This document shows positions 13,273 to 23,213 of a stretch of 64,000 nt of DNA, piece after piece. The stretch is taken from the IMG/VR virus record IMGVR_UViG_3300042290_000544. One strand, 5' to 3'. Source of the stretch: a virus. A model generated the notes under the pieces. It was not told the origin of the DNA and did no database searches. It was given only the letters and a program-made list of their open reading frames with translations. Numbering within the stretch: position 1 is the stretch's first letter; each line of letters opens with the position of its first letter. The translations under genes were made by a program, and so were the position numbers.

Positions 13273-13533
13273 TTATTTTGTTTTGATGGAATTCTTGCGA
13301 CCCGAACCCTTCTTAATTCTCTGTTGTATTTCCTTCCAGCCATTTCCGGCACGGTTGTACATATCCTTAAAACCAGAATAGCTCACTTTCACTGCGGTGA
13401 CTCCGCGGGACACGGCACCAATCTTATGGCAGGATGGGCATTCGGCGGTCGTGGGCTTATCGCGGTCATCAATAGGAGTCATTTGGGTGAACTCGTGTCC
13501 ACATTCTTTACAGTGATAGTCGTAGTTTGGCAT
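13273..13533 (-). CDS. FmdB-family zinc-ribbon protein
   Basis: MPNYDYHCKECGHEF...CPSC. Confidence 0.85.
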   Translation of the reverse strand: MPNYDYHCKECGHEFTQMTPIDDRDKPTTAECPSCHKIGAVSRGVTAVKVSYSGFKDMYNRAGNGWKEIQQRIKKGSGRKNSIKTK

Positions 13534-13534
13534 A

Positions 13535-14110
13535 TTAGGTAACAATGAACCATTCTGGAACATTGCGGTTTGACCAGGTCATTTTAAACCGATCCTGCTT
13601 GGTCTGATAGAACTCACGGTATGAACGCACGGGATCATCGGGGTGCATACATTGAGGAAAGGATTTCATGGCAAGTTTAAACTGCGTCATGGGACCGCTG
13701 GGAATGGAAGTTGGTGGGTCAATAAGGTCTTCGAGTAACAGTTTTTCCGTATTGTGGACCTTGCCGTAACGATGAGTGTATTCGGTGCACAGAGCATCGA
13801 AGTGCTGGTGATGCCATTCGTAGTTGGCAATACTTTCCATGGTCCATATTGTGCACGGATGGTGCATATGAACGGCTTTGTAGAACTTGGCGTCTTTTTC
13901 TGCATTCGGAAGCAGCCATTCCTTACCCTTGCGCCAACGAGCGGGAAGAGAACCGGCAACATATTTCTTGGTCTCGCGCATTGTACCATCGAGCAAACGA
14001 TGTGCAGTGCAGAGCATCTGCGCCGATTCGACAATCATTTTGACGACGTGCTTATCGCATTGCAGCTGAGCCGCAATGACAGGGTCACGGTCTAAAACAA
14101 AGATATTCAT
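13535..14110 (-). CDS. Pyrimidine-dimer DNA glycosylase (DenV)-related protein
   Basis: MNIFVLD..P..AAQ..CDKHVVKMIVESAQML..AH, HPCT.W. Confidence 0.75.
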   Translation of the reverse strand: MNIFVLDRDPVIAAQLQCDKHVVKMIVESAQMLCTAHRLLDGTMRETKKYVAGSLPARWRKGKEWLLPNAEKDAKFYKAVHMHHPCTIWTMESIANYEWHHQHFDALCTEYTHRYGKVHNTEKLLLEDLIDPPTSIPSGPMTQFKLAMKSFPQCMHPDDPVRSYREFYQTKQDRFKMTWSNRNVPEWFIVT

Positions 14111-14157
14111 AATGTAGTGTATATCCTATACGGATACGGTCAAATGTAAACCATTAA

Positions 14158-14364
14158 TTATGCCGCTTGCATAATCTCTTCTGATTGGAGAGATTCAATT
14201 ACTTCCTTGATAAACTGTTGCTTCTTTTGCATACCGGTAATGGATAGGGTATTTCCTTCTTTTTGCAATCTCTGGATATAATAGTCTAGATCAGTATAAT
14301 CTTGCTTGAGTCTTTCCAGTTGTGAAGCGATCATGTGTTTTTTGGTTTGTTTACTACCCGACAT
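14158..14364 (-). CDS. Hypothetical coiled-coil protein (ends in MQAA)
   Basis: ORF track. Confidence 0.6.
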   Translation of the reverse strand: MSGSKQTKKHMIASQLERLKQDYTDLDYYIQRLQKEGNTLSITGMQKKQQFIKEVIESLQSEEIMQAA

Positions 14365-14400
14365 GATATAGAAGACGCAATTGCGCCTTTCAAGAAAGTG

Positions 14401-14832
14401 TTAGAGCTCAATGAGTTTTGGCCAAACTTCTTGGACCAAAGCCTTAGTGAGACCTTTGTATTTGCCCGCAAACTTCTTATCCTTTACGGCAAGCAGAATC
14501 TCTGCATCCTTTGGATGGATACCTTCAAGCACTTGAAGAAATATACGTTCACGCTTGACCGGCATTAATTTGTCTCCCTGACCCTTCTTTACAAAGTAGG
14601 TCATCATCTTGGTCTGGCGGAGAAGTGATGTCGGAGTGAGACCTTCCTTTGATACATTTGATTTGTATTCGGGGACTCCTGGAGGAAGATTAAATTCAAT
14701 GAAATCATCATAGGCGGCACGGAGAATATCCCTGAGACCAAGTGAGTCATACTTTTTGAGGACATTAATTTTCTCCACTCTCGTTGGAGCAGCGGCAGCC
14801 TTTTCAAGGATTTCGTAGATTTCTAGTTTCAT
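14401..14832 (-). CDS. Conserved T4-like hypothetical protein downstream of rnh
   Basis: LPPG.P.Y...KRE.IF.Q.LEGIHP.DAE.L...KDK pattern. Confidence 0.75.
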   Translation of the reverse strand: MKLEIYEILEKAAAAPTRVEKINVLKKYDSLGLRDILRAAYDDFIEFNLPPGVPEYKSNVSKEGLTPTSLLRQTKMMTYFVKKGQGDKLMPVKRERIFLQVLEGIHPKDAEILLAVKDKKFAGKYKGLTKALVQEVWPKLIEL

Positions 14833-15674
14833 AGTGAATTAAATTCCTCTGCACATTCAATAAGTTGAGTGCATCGTTTTGATATAAGATAGTTTAGGAC
14901 GTTTGAATTGGGTTTCACCGATTCAAAGGTATTTATAATAAGCGCCTTCTTGTCCCGAGGTACTTTGTTTAGGTCAATAAGAGCTTGGTTACGCTGGAAG
15001 TTACGGTAGGTCGCTTCGTCCATTACCTTATCAAGGTTATCATAAGAAGCAATCCATTGCTCGATTTTCTTGGTAGAAATAGGCTTCTGACGAATCTTAT
15101 CGACAAACGTATTGTCGGGAGAAAGGACATTGGGAATACCATCGCCACTGTCTCCACGCATAATATGCTCGTAAAGATAATTAAAAGGCTTGTTTTCCTT
15201 CACAAAGGCTTTCGTCATAGGGGAGAATTGACGAACATTGGGGTACCGCTGGAGCTGAATAAAATCCTTGTCGGCAGAAATGATCATGACGGGCCCGCGC
15301 TCGAGGTACCAATGATTTTCGGTTAAGGTACCAATGATGTCATCGGCTTCGATATTCTGGATATGAACCACTTTGTAGGGAAGGTGTTCCTTGACCTCGT
15401 CACGAACCACACTCAGGATGCGGAAGAATTCATTCCAATCAAGCCCACTGGCGTCACGGCTGGTCTTACGGCTGGCTTTGTATTGCGGAAAGATTTCCTT
15501 GCGCCATGAACCACCGTCACACGCAAGAACCATTGTACCGTATTCCTTGCGGTATTTAAGGTTGTACATCCGCAAAGAGTTTAGGATCATGTGGCGTACC
15601 ATATCCTCGGAGACGGTAACTTTTTGTGCAAAGATGTTGGAAATGGCAATGCCGGAATAGTCGATGAGTATCAT
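14829..15674 (-). CDS. rnh: T4-type RNase H / 5'-3' exonuclease
   Basis: ILID, YKASR, EADDII, ISADKDF.QL, GDSGDGIPN. Confidence 0.93.
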   Translation of the reverse strand: MILIDYSGIAISNIFAQKVTVSEDMVRHMILNSLRMYNLKYRKEYGTMVLACDGGSWRKEIFPQYKASRKTSRDASGLDWNEFFRILSVVRDEVKEHLPYKVVHIQNIEADDIIGTLTENHWYLERGPVMIISADKDFIQLQRYPNVRQFSPMTKAFVKENKPFNYLYEHIMRGDSGDGIPNVLSPDNTFVDKIRQKPISTKKIEQWIASYDNLDKVMDEATYRNFQRNQALIDLNKVPRDKKALIINTFESVKPNSNVLNYLISKRCTQLIECAEEFNSL

Positions 15675-15734
15675 TATGAATCAATCATACCATATTACGG
15701 CTCCTTGTAAACCATAAAATTCATCTATTTGATG

Positions 15735-15779
15735 GTTTACATTTAACCTGTAACCGTTATAATGAATCTCTATTCAACT
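15735..15779 (+). promoter_or_regulatory. Orphan plus-strand promoter with conserved 24-nt element (copy 1)
   Basis: GTTTAC-N17-TATAAT; GTTATAATGAATCTCTATTCAACT identical to 61468-61491. Confidence 0.65.
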
Positions 15780-16204
15780 GTATTAACCAATAAGGACTTA
15801 CGGTACTTTGTGAGTTGAACACGAGTCACTCTTACACGAATCTGGTCATTGTAGTACTCGTCGGAGAGAATGGCATTTCTTTCCACCTGTTCCTTCATTT
15901 CTAAATAGGAACACTCGCTCTTGCTGGTGCATAGGTGCAGAATAATCCTACGGAAATTTATTTTGCCTATTTCATCTAAATCCTTTTGAAGTGCATTGCT
16001 GGAACCATAATAGGTCTTCCAGTCCGACTCAACAAGGATGCGCTTCTTTTTCTTCTTGACCGTTTTAAAGCCCTTAAAGAAAAAGAGTTTCTTTCCGACG
16101 TACTTACGACCATTCACGAGGTTCTCTATTAAATAGACGAACCCGTAAATTTTTTTTGGGTCTAATTCAATTGGTTCAAACGGAGAGTCATGATGAAGCC
16201 ACAT
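15770..16204 (-). CDS. GIY-YIG endonuclease-family protein
   Basis: YGFVYLI.N..NGRKYVGKK...W..YYGS...E...YYN. Confidence 0.85.
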   Translation of the reverse strand: MWLHHDSPFEPIELDPKKIYGFVYLIENLVNGRKYVGKKLFFFKGFKTVKKKKKRILVESDWKTYYGSSNALQKDLDEIGKINFRRIILHLCTSKSECSYLEMKEQVERNAILSDEYYNDQIRVRVTRVQLTKYRKSLLVNTVE

Positions 16205-16217
16205 AATGGCTTATTTA

Positions 16218-16400
16218 TCATTCCTCGTCGATGTCGCCTTCTTCGCTGCAATGATTGCCGCACATTGGGCAATACTCGGGATAGTTCTCTACCGAAGTAT
16301 CCTCCTCACCTTCATCCACATCAGGATCGATAATCTCCTCTATGAATGAAATGGTGGAGGTGCAACCGCAGCAATAGCAATTAATTTGTACTTTAGGCAT
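16218..16400 (-). CDS. Small acidic Cys4 zinc-ribbon/rubredoxin-like protein
   Basis: CYCC...CPMCG; translationally coupled to nrdA. Confidence 0.65.
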   Translation of the reverse strand: MPKVQINCYCCGCTSTISFIEEIIDPDVDEGEEDTSVENYPEYCPMCGNHCSEEGDIDEE

Positions 16401-18058
16401 TAGGCTTCGCAGGACGCGCAGTTAAGTAGGTTACGACCAAGCTCCTGAGCCGGGTGCGTTCCACGTTGGTAATAGAGTGTCTTAATCTTGTTCTCCCAGG
16501 CGTAGATCATAAGCTGATTTACTTCCTTCGGAGAGGTCTTTGGATGGACCATAAGGTTCAAGGACTGACCTTGATCAATGTATTTCTGGCGAGCAGAGGC
16601 TTGGATAATAATTTCCTTTTGAGAAATCTCACCGAATGTCTTGAAGACTTCTTTTTCCTCATTCGTGAGGAACTTTAGATGAAGTACCGAACCACCATGG
16701 GTCAGGATTGACTTCCATGTATCCTCATCGTTTCTATCGTGCTTCTTGAGCACGTCCTTGAGATATGGATTCTTATAGGTAAAGGAACCCTTGGCCAATT
16801 TCTTTACGAAGTAATTAGAATTCAATGGCTCAATTGACGGAGAAACCTGACCCAGAATAAAGCTGGATGAAGTGGTCGGAGCCACGGCAAGCGTGGTCAC
16901 ATTACGGCGACCGGTACCCTTCAAGAGTTCCGGCTCACCAAACTTTGCACCAAGCTCCAGAGTGGCTTTATCGGCACGTTCACGAATGACGCGCCAGATG
17001 CCCGTATTGAGCAGTTTGGCTTCAATGGATTCAAAACCGATGGACTTGGACTGTAGCAATGAGTGCCAGCCAAGAACACCAAGACCCAATGCGCGTTGAT
17101 TCTTTGCAAACTGGTGCGGAGCCTCCATAAACTTCATATCTGAAGTCTTATCCACGAACTCTTGGTTCACGGAATCAAGGAAGTAGATCATTGTCTCAAC
17201 GGCATCGGTCTCCTTAATTTCTTCCCAATGTAGGAGATTCAGAGAGGAAAGGACGCAGACGAATGACTCATCCTCATTGGATGAAAGACAGATTTCGGAA
17301 CAAAGATTGCTTGAATTAATCTTGCGCTTCTTTTCTTTGTAAATTGCAGGAGCTCCTTTATTGACGGTATCCGTAAAGAAGATGTAGGGATAACCAGTCT
17401 CAAAGCGTTTCTTAATGACATTCGTCCATGTCTCACGTTTATCCTTATCACCGGCAATCATGGACTCCATCCACTTGTCTGTAATGGTAATACCAATTGA
17501 CATATTCTGAATGGCATGACCGTCCGAACGAATCTGAAGGAATTCTGCCACATCTGGATGCTCGATTGGTAGATACGCAGCAAAGGAACCACGACGGGCG
17601 GAACCCTGTGAGATGACTTCGGCAATGGTATCAAACAGTTCCATGAAATGAACGGGACCCGAAGATTCACCGCCGACAGAGATGGGAGTACCGCGAGCAC
17701 GAAGGTCTCCGAAGTAACCCGAGGTACCTCCGCCATGCTTCGACATAATACCAACTTCTGCGGCCTTATTCAGGATGACTTCCATCTTGTCGCCAATATG
17801 GGAATTGAAGCAGGAGACTGGAAGACCGCGGTCATTACCATAGTTGGTCCATACCGGAGTGGAAAGTGAATAGAATCCACGTGCCATATAGTCCTCGAAC
17901 TTATCGGCAAAACCTTCAATATCCAACAGTTTCTCTGCACGGTCGGCAATCTGACGAATACGCTTTTCCGGAGTCATTCCTTCCTTCAGGTATCCTCTTT
18001 CAAGGAACTGACGCGAGTGCGTGTTTAGCCAATAGTATTTTTCTTGCGTGGAACTCAT
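16400..18058 (-). CDS. nrdA: Ribonucleotide reductase class I alpha subunit (no ATP cone)
   Basis: PVSCF, SNLCSEI, APTTSSS, TLYY, C-terminal CASC. Confidence 0.95.
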   Translation of the reverse strand: MSSTQEKYYWLNTHSRQFLERGYLKEGMTPEKRIRQIADRAEKLLDIEGFADKFEDYMARGFYSLSTPVWTNYGNDRGLPVSCFNSHIGDKMEVILNKAAEVGIMSKHGGGTSGYFGDLRARGTPISVGGESSGPVHFMELFDTIAEVISQGSARRGSFAAYLPIEHPDVAEFLQIRSDGHAIQNMSIGITITDKWMESMIAGDKDKRETWTNVIKKRFETGYPYIFFTDTVNKGAPAIYKEKKRKINSSNLCSEICLSSNEDESFVCVLSSLNLLHWEEIKETDAVETMIYFLDSVNQEFVDKTSDMKFMEAPHQFAKNQRALGLGVLGWHSLLQSKSIGFESIEAKLLNTGIWRVIRERADKATLELGAKFGEPELLKGTGRRNVTTLAVAPTTSSSFILGQVSPSIEPLNSNYFVKKLAKGSFTYKNPYLKDVLKKHDRNDEDTWKSILTHGGSVLHLKFLTNEEKEVFKTFGEISQKEIIIQASARQKYIDQGQSLNLMVHPKTSPKEVNQLMIYAWENKIKTLYYQRGTHPAQELGRNLLNCASCEA

Positions 18059-18060
18059 AA

Positions 18061-19032
18061 TTAAAATAGATCAGATTGATTGAAGCTCTGCCCCTTCTTG
18101 GAGTATTCAATAGGACGTGAATGGAAGAAGTCGGTCATATTGTTACCGAGAATCTGTTCATCGAACCAAAGTGTTTTCTTAACCATTTCCTTATTGACAT
18201 CAAACAGCTTTTCAAAGCCAATCTGGACGAGGGATTCATTCATACGGTTCTTAATGAACTCTCGGAGAATGGGTGTGTTGAGACTTTCAACGCTATAACC
18301 ATTCATAATCCAATCAATGATCTTGCACTCATATTCAATGGCAAGGAGTGATTCAGAAATGATTTTCTCTTTGAGTTCGGCATCGAATAACTCGGGGTGC
18401 TCGTCGCGGATCGTATTAATGAGCTTAATGCCGATCATGGCATGGAGGTTCTCTTCACGAGAAGTATATTCCACTTGCTTATTGGTATCCTTAAGGAGAT
18501 TGCGGAAACGACCAAAGTAGCTAATAGTGTAGAACTGACTAAAAAGAGCAATGTTCTCAACGAACAGTGTGAACAGAATCAGCGAATAAACGAACTGTTT
18601 TTTCTTGTCGGGAGTAAATGGCTGGAGGTACTTACGAAGGTAGGTAACACGACCGCGAATAATGTCCTCTTGAAGAATACGATCGAACGAATCATCAATA
18701 CCTAAAACATCCAGGAGGCGTTCGTACGCATCACCATGGACAACTTCGGAGTTGGCCATTACATAACCGAGGTCGGTGATTGTAGGATGCGGAAGATTTT
18801 CACCCACCTTGGCCCAGAACTTCTTGACTGAAATCTCAAGCTGTCCGATGGTAGAAAGGGCACGAACAATAATCTCGCGTTCCTGAGGAGTCAGAGTGAC
18901 TTTGTAGTCCTGAATATCACTTTGAAAATTGAATTCTCTATGGGTCCAAAAACCATTTTGCATTGCCTCAATGTAGTCCTGCGTCCAAGGATAGTAGTCG
19001 GGTTTCCGGGAGATTTGTTCTTCAAAAATCAT
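18061..19032 (-). CDS. nrdB: Ribonucleotide reductase class I beta subunit
   Basis: FW...E, EVVH..AY, VEN..LFS.F, EENLH, NNMTDFF. Confidence 0.95.
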   Translation of the reverse strand: MIFEEQISRKPDYYPWTQDYIEAMQNGFWTHREFNFQSDIQDYKVTLTPQEREIIVRALSTIGQLEISVKKFWAKVGENLPHPTITDLGYVMANSEVVHGDAYERLLDVLGIDDSFDRILQEDIIRGRVTYLRKYLQPFTPDKKKQFVYSLILFTLFVENIALFSQFYTISYFGRFRNLLKDTNKQVEYTSREENLHAMIGIKLINTIRDEHPELFDAELKEKIISESLLAIEYECKIIDWIMNGYSVESLNTPILREFIKNRMNESLVQIGFEKLFDVNKEMVKKTLWFDEQILGNNMTDFFHSRPIEYSKKGQSFNQSDLF

Positions 19033-19179
19033 AAGTCGTTAAAGTTTTGTTGTTGGGTTAATTAATTTGAATGTTGGTACAACAGTATATTGCCTACCCC
19101 TATTTGTAAACATCAAAATACGTTTAAGGTAGGTTATGTATATCATAACGCACCTTAGACCACAAGCTATTTTTTCTTT

Positions 19180-19485
19180 TTAGCGTCGGCGGATTGCTCT
19201 CAGAGCTCCGTTATCCGAATTACGAAGAACAATCACATGGTTGGGATTCTTCTTGGCGTATTCATAAATGCTGGTATGACCTTCGTTTTGCATATCAAGG
19301 TACTTTGACCAGTGTTCAAACTTAACCTTACCCTTTTCAAATTTATTGAACAATTTTGAATCAACATTGAACGCTTTGTATTTGCGGCGCATAAGCCCAC
19401 CCGATGTCGGTGGCATTGCCATGGTGGAACTATCTCCCGTTACATTTGCCGCAACTCCGCCTTCGTCTTCTTTAATGTTGCTCAC
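19180..19485 (-). CDS. Hypothetical protein
   Basis: ORF in the late gene run; IKE near the N-terminus. Confidence 0.65.
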   Translation of the reverse strand: MSNIKEDEGGVAANVTGDSSTMAMPPTSGGLMRRKYKAFNVDSKLFNKFEKGKVKFEHWSKYLDMQNEGHTSIYEYAKKNPNHVIVLRNSDNGALRAIRRR

Positions 19486-19832
19486 AGCTTTTTAATGTTG
19501 TGGTTCGTTCCGTGGAAACCTTTACCCGATGCCGTACGGTTTACTTCAAACTTATCGCCGGTAGTTTTATGTTGGTATACGCTGGTACCAGAACCACCAA
19601 ATCCAGTGCGCACATGATTTACGCTATATGTTGAATGAAAGTGTTCGGCGTCCTTTTCATGTTTCGGAGTCGGAGCCGAAGTGGAATGATCACCCTTATG
19701 TCCGGCAACATAGTGCTTTGCAAACTCGGCAGACGCGGCATCGTGTTCAACGCGATTGTCCTTATCAAGGTTGTAACCCTCGGCGATTTCGTTGTACTGT
19801 TGAACTAGTGATTGTAAAAGTTTTGTTTCCAT
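19482..19832 (-). CDS. His-rich putative internal virion protein
   Basis: SLVQQYNEIAE N-terminus followed by a His-rich domain. Confidence 0.6.
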   Translation of the reverse strand: METKLLQSLVQQYNEIAEGYNLDKDNRVEHDAASAEFAKHYVAGHKGDHSTSAPTPKHEKDAEHFHSTYSVNHVRTGFGGSGTSVYQHKTTGDKFEVNRTASGKGFHGTNHNIKKL

Positions 19833-19833
19833 G

Positions 19834-20202
19834 TTAGATTTTTCTGAGAATTGAAACTACGTATTCATCTACTGGTACCTCGATCTTATCCGCTTCAGGA
19901 AGATAGTTGAGATAAACAAGAAATGTCTTTAGAACGGGCCATAACTCCTTTTCGATCTTGTAAAAGATCATCCGGTTTGCGGCTTCGATTCCGAAGACAT
20001 TATAGATAACAATGATGTGGTTGAGAACGAGCCTTTCCTGAACGATACCCGACTGCTGATATTTTCTTAGCAGTCTCTTGATATACTTGAACCTTGATAG
20101 GTCATCATAAAACTCATCAACGTCGAGACATTGTGGGTTGTCATAATTCTTTGCCGCGAACAACAAAAAATTCTCTTCATTTAGTTCTTCAAATACTTTC
20201 AT
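19834..20202 (-). CDS. Conserved T4-like hypothetical protein
   Basis: F.ELNEENF.LFA.K.YDNP.C....EF..DL.RFKY.KRL. Confidence 0.8.
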   Translation of the reverse strand: MKVFEELNEENFLLFAAKNYDNPQCLDVDEFYDDLSRFKYIKRLLRKYQQSGIVQERLVLNHIIVIYNVFGIEAANRMIFYKIEKELWPVLKTFLVYLNYLPEADKIEVPVDEYVVSILRKI

Positions 20203-20233
20203 CGTGTTTATTTATCACGATGAAAGGTGAGAT

Positions 20234-20641
20234 TTAAAGAGCAAGATGTTTTGCCAGTTTTGAGACCAACTGAGATTTCTTTTCCTTACCCGTGAGGATG
20301 ACTCCCGCATTTTTTGCCATAACCTGAAGTTCAAGTTTGGACATTTTTGTGAGGTCGGCTTTTGATACAGATTTGACACTGGGTGCTGGAGCTTCGGGTA
20401 CTGGATCCAACGCTTCGTCAAGAACTACTGGAGCATCGTCACACTTGAATTCTTCGTCGTATGTAAAATCCGATGTCTGTTTGCACCCACATTTGTTAGG
20501 GCAATCTGAATCCCCTGGGGTGCAAACTTTCACCGGTTCATTCTTTTCATCCAGCTTGTAATAATAGGATGCTGGTTCATCCTTGAAAAGATTAGTAATA
20601 CCTTTCCAACAATCTTTAATTGATTCAATCACGTTTTTCAT
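20234..20641 (-). CDS. Hypothetical protein with C-terminal HeH/Rho-N-like motif
   Basis: L.KMSKLEL...AK..GV.L.....KSQLV. Confidence 0.6.
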   Translation of the reverse strand: MKNVIESIKDCWKGITNLFKDEPASYYYKLDEKNEPVKVCTPGDSDCPNKCGCKQTSDFTYDEEFKCDDAPVVLDEALDPVPEAPAPSVKSVSKADLTKMSKLELQVMAKNAGVILTGKEKKSQLVSKLAKHLAL

Positions 20642-20662
20642 ATCTTTTATTTTGTGGTTATG

Positions 20663-22726
20663 TTATTCCGAGTGGATTACTTTATGCGGTGAACCGTGGC
20701 CAATACGATCCCCGTGAAATAATTCAACACGGTGAGGTCCTTTTGCATATTCTTTTGCTTTTTTTAGTATATTAGAGTGCGATCCGCGTACAACGGTCTT
20801 ATTGCTCATTCCAACCTCATCATACGATCCGTCGGAATTTTTACGAGTTACAATTGCTGTCATGCCCTCATTTGTCATCGCATTTTCATGGATATCAGCG
20901 TAGTCATTATGCTGTTTAGAAATAGCTAAGTGTTTATGGCTCATTTTATTCTCAGCATCGCTTGATGAAGCGGCAGTGTGCATATGCACTAAATCATGAA
21001 GATTTGCTGCGTGGCTGTGTGCTTTCTTAGAGCCAAGCCTATGAGCCAAAGTACTAGCAGTATTTGCTGCATGTACTAGAGCTTTAAGATGGTCTGTGTC
21101 GACTGCATCAATCGGACGAACATCTTCATTTGTCATTACGGGAGCTGTAATAACTTTGACCTTTGGAAGAGCAGCAGATGAATTGGCTGCGGCTGGTTTA
21201 TCAGCTGGGCTTACCTTATCACCACCGTCCTGAGCAGCGCCTGGAACACCATCTTTGATTTCTGTTTCATCATCGGCGTCATCTTTCATCTTCTGTGTTG
21301 CAGGATCCATGACTTCCGGACCCGCTTCTGCATCAGCCGCGGTACCTTCCTCAACTGATTTCTTTCCGTAGTGTTTTGCTGCTGCATCGCTTGCCTCTCT
21401 GTCTTGATCCGCCGAAACAAGATGAAGCATATGATGGTTGTACATACTCCGATGGAATTCATGATGGATATTAGCTGCGCCTCGAACCATCGGATCGTGG
21501 TGTTGGTGAGCGTACACGCGGTAGTGTTCTGCTGCTAGATGGTGAGCATGCTGAGCATCCTCATGATGCGTGTCCGACCCGGACGAATGAGCCAGGGCGG
21601 TTAACTCATTTGCTTTGTTCGTGAGGTTATGTGCATGAGGATCTCCTGCAACATTTTCATTAACCATTTCGGTATCTGAAAAATTAGTGGATTCATTAAA
21701 ACTATGCCAGTGATTCATATCATGCGAATCTTGCGGAAATCCATGATGAGGAATACCGTGTTTATTTCGAAGAGAACGCATCTTAGAAAGTTTATTATCG
21801 ATTACCTTGCGTGAAGGGTTTTGTGCATAAGACACTGCATTATGAAGTCTGCTATGAGCCATCATATCAGCTTTATGTTCGGCTCCGTGTTTCTTTTCAA
21901 CGTGCTTTTCAATAGCTTTCTTTTTACTGTGTGCACGGTCGTCATCGGCCATATAACCACCAGAAGCAGCATCAGCATGACGGCCATGAAGGTGCCAAAT
22001 GGAATGTGTGTTGGCAGCTTCATTAATAGATTCATTCTCATTGACCATTGCAGCGTATGTTGCAGCAACGGAAGCAATGGTTTGTTCACCCGTCATTTTT
22101 GGCTTCTCATCTTCGTTTTCATCTTCGCCCTTGTTATCGGCGTCATGGTCGCTTGGACCACCCATGTTGTCTGCATCGGGTTCTGGATGTTCTTCTTCGG
22201 AATCTTCTTCCTTTTCTTCGCCGCGAAGTTTCTTGAGGTCTTCACCATCAATTTTACCGTTCTTATTCACATCAAGCTTGTGTTGATTTCCGACAAGCTT
22301 TTCGGCCATTTCTGCACGTTTGTCGCCTGGTGCTTCGGAAGCAGAAATTCTCTGCATTTCTTCTGCATCCTTTTCTTTTTCATCGTGATTGTCCATCTTG
22401 ATCTCTTCTGCATCCTCTTCCTTGACTTCGGAAGGAACCTCATCGGATGCTTGCTTTAATGCATTTTCTGTATCCATGTCCTGAATCTTTTTGGACTTGT
22501 TGTCGTCTTCTTTATTGGTTTCTTCTTTAACAGTGATACCGTATCTCTTACCATCAAATTTAACAATGGACTTATTGGCCTTACGGGCTTCGGTTACGGC
22601 TTGAACAAATGCTGGTACACTTTCTTCGGTAATGGAAGCTGGTACCCACTTTGGACGGGCAACTGCTTGTGGAGGATTTACCATCTTGCGATAGGCATCG
22701 GCGATAATCTGAGTGATTGTTGACAT
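20663..22726 (-). CDS. Large acidic/His-rich putative internal head polyprotein
   Basis: EF-hand-like DVNKNGKIDGED; His-rich modules delimited by xNE/xEE sites. Confidence 0.65.
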   Translation of the reverse strand: MSTITQIIADAYRKMVNPPQAVARPKWVPASITEESVPAFVQAVTEARKANKSIVKFDGKRYGITVKEETNKEDDNKSKKIQDMDTENALKQASDEVPSEVKEEDAEEIKMDNHDEKEKDAEEMQRISASEAPGDKRAEMAEKLVGNQHKLDVNKNGKIDGEDLKKLRGEEKEEDSEEEHPEPDADNMGGPSDHDADNKGEDENEDEKPKMTGEQTIASVAATYAAMVNENESINEAANTHSIWHLHGRHADAASGGYMADDDRAHSKKKAIEKHVEKKHGAEHKADMMAHSRLHNAVSYAQNPSRKVIDNKLSKMRSLRNKHGIPHHGFPQDSHDMNHWHSFNESTNFSDTEMVNENVAGDPHAHNLTNKANELTALAHSSGSDTHHEDAQHAHHLAAEHYRVYAHQHHDPMVRGAANIHHEFHRSMYNHHMLHLVSADQDREASDAAAKHYGKKSVEEGTAADAEAGPEVMDPATQKMKDDADDETEIKDGVPGAAQDGGDKVSPADKPAAANSSAALPKVKVITAPVMTNEDVRPIDAVDTDHLKALVHAANTASTLAHRLGSKKAHSHAANLHDLVHMHTAASSSDAENKMSHKHLAISKQHNDYADIHENAMTNEGMTAIVTRKNSDGSYDEVGMSNKTVVRGSHSNILKKAKEYAKGPHRVELFHGDRIGHGSPHKVIHSE

Positions 22727-22756
22727 ATTTTTAACTATTGATTGTTGGAGAGTCTA

Positions 22757-23194
22757 TTAGCAATTCCATTTGCGTAGGGCAAGAGCCTTACGTGTGGGTC
22801 TACCTTTTTTATCCTTCATGGGACCTTTGACGCCGCTCATTCTGGCGCAAAAACTCTTACGGCGACCTGCAGCTTTGCTACCCGGTTTTAGCTTGCTCGG
22901 CTTTGTTGTGACGGGCGCCTTTAGATTGCTGCCAGTCTCTCTATTGTATGCGTCACGACCTTTTTGAGTGAGACCACCAGTAGAACTTTTATGGCCTTTG
23001 GCGTCGATTGCAGCCTCGAAGAGTTCGGTATCATCTACCGATTCAAAATCTTCCCAGATGACTTCAGGATCTACGTTGTTCTTTTCGGCAAGGTCCATTA
23101 CCATTTCCTCAATGGTATCAAATTGTTCATCAAGAACAATCATCTGTTTGTAGGATTCTGCGACGGATAAAATGGTGTTTGGAAGTTGAGCCAT
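22757..23194 (-). CDS. Conserved phage protein (GGLT.KGR..YNRETGSNLK.P...RRKSFCARM)
   Basis: Recognisable basic domain after an acidic leader ending LFE. Confidence 0.75.
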   Translation of the reverse strand: MAQLPNTILSVAESYKQMIVLDEQFDTIEEMVMDLAEKNNVDPEVIWEDFESVDDTELFEAAIDAKGHKSSTGGLTQKGRDAYNRETGSNLKAPVTTKPSKLKPGSKAAGRRKSFCARMSGVKGPMKDKKGRPTRKALALRKWNC

Positions 23195-23213
23195 GGGAAA
23201 CTATATTTATATT

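Noticed and set aside
21821-22459. 212-aa hydrophobic plus-strand ORF
   Set aside because: Antisense shadow of the acidic/Lys-rich 687-aa gene.
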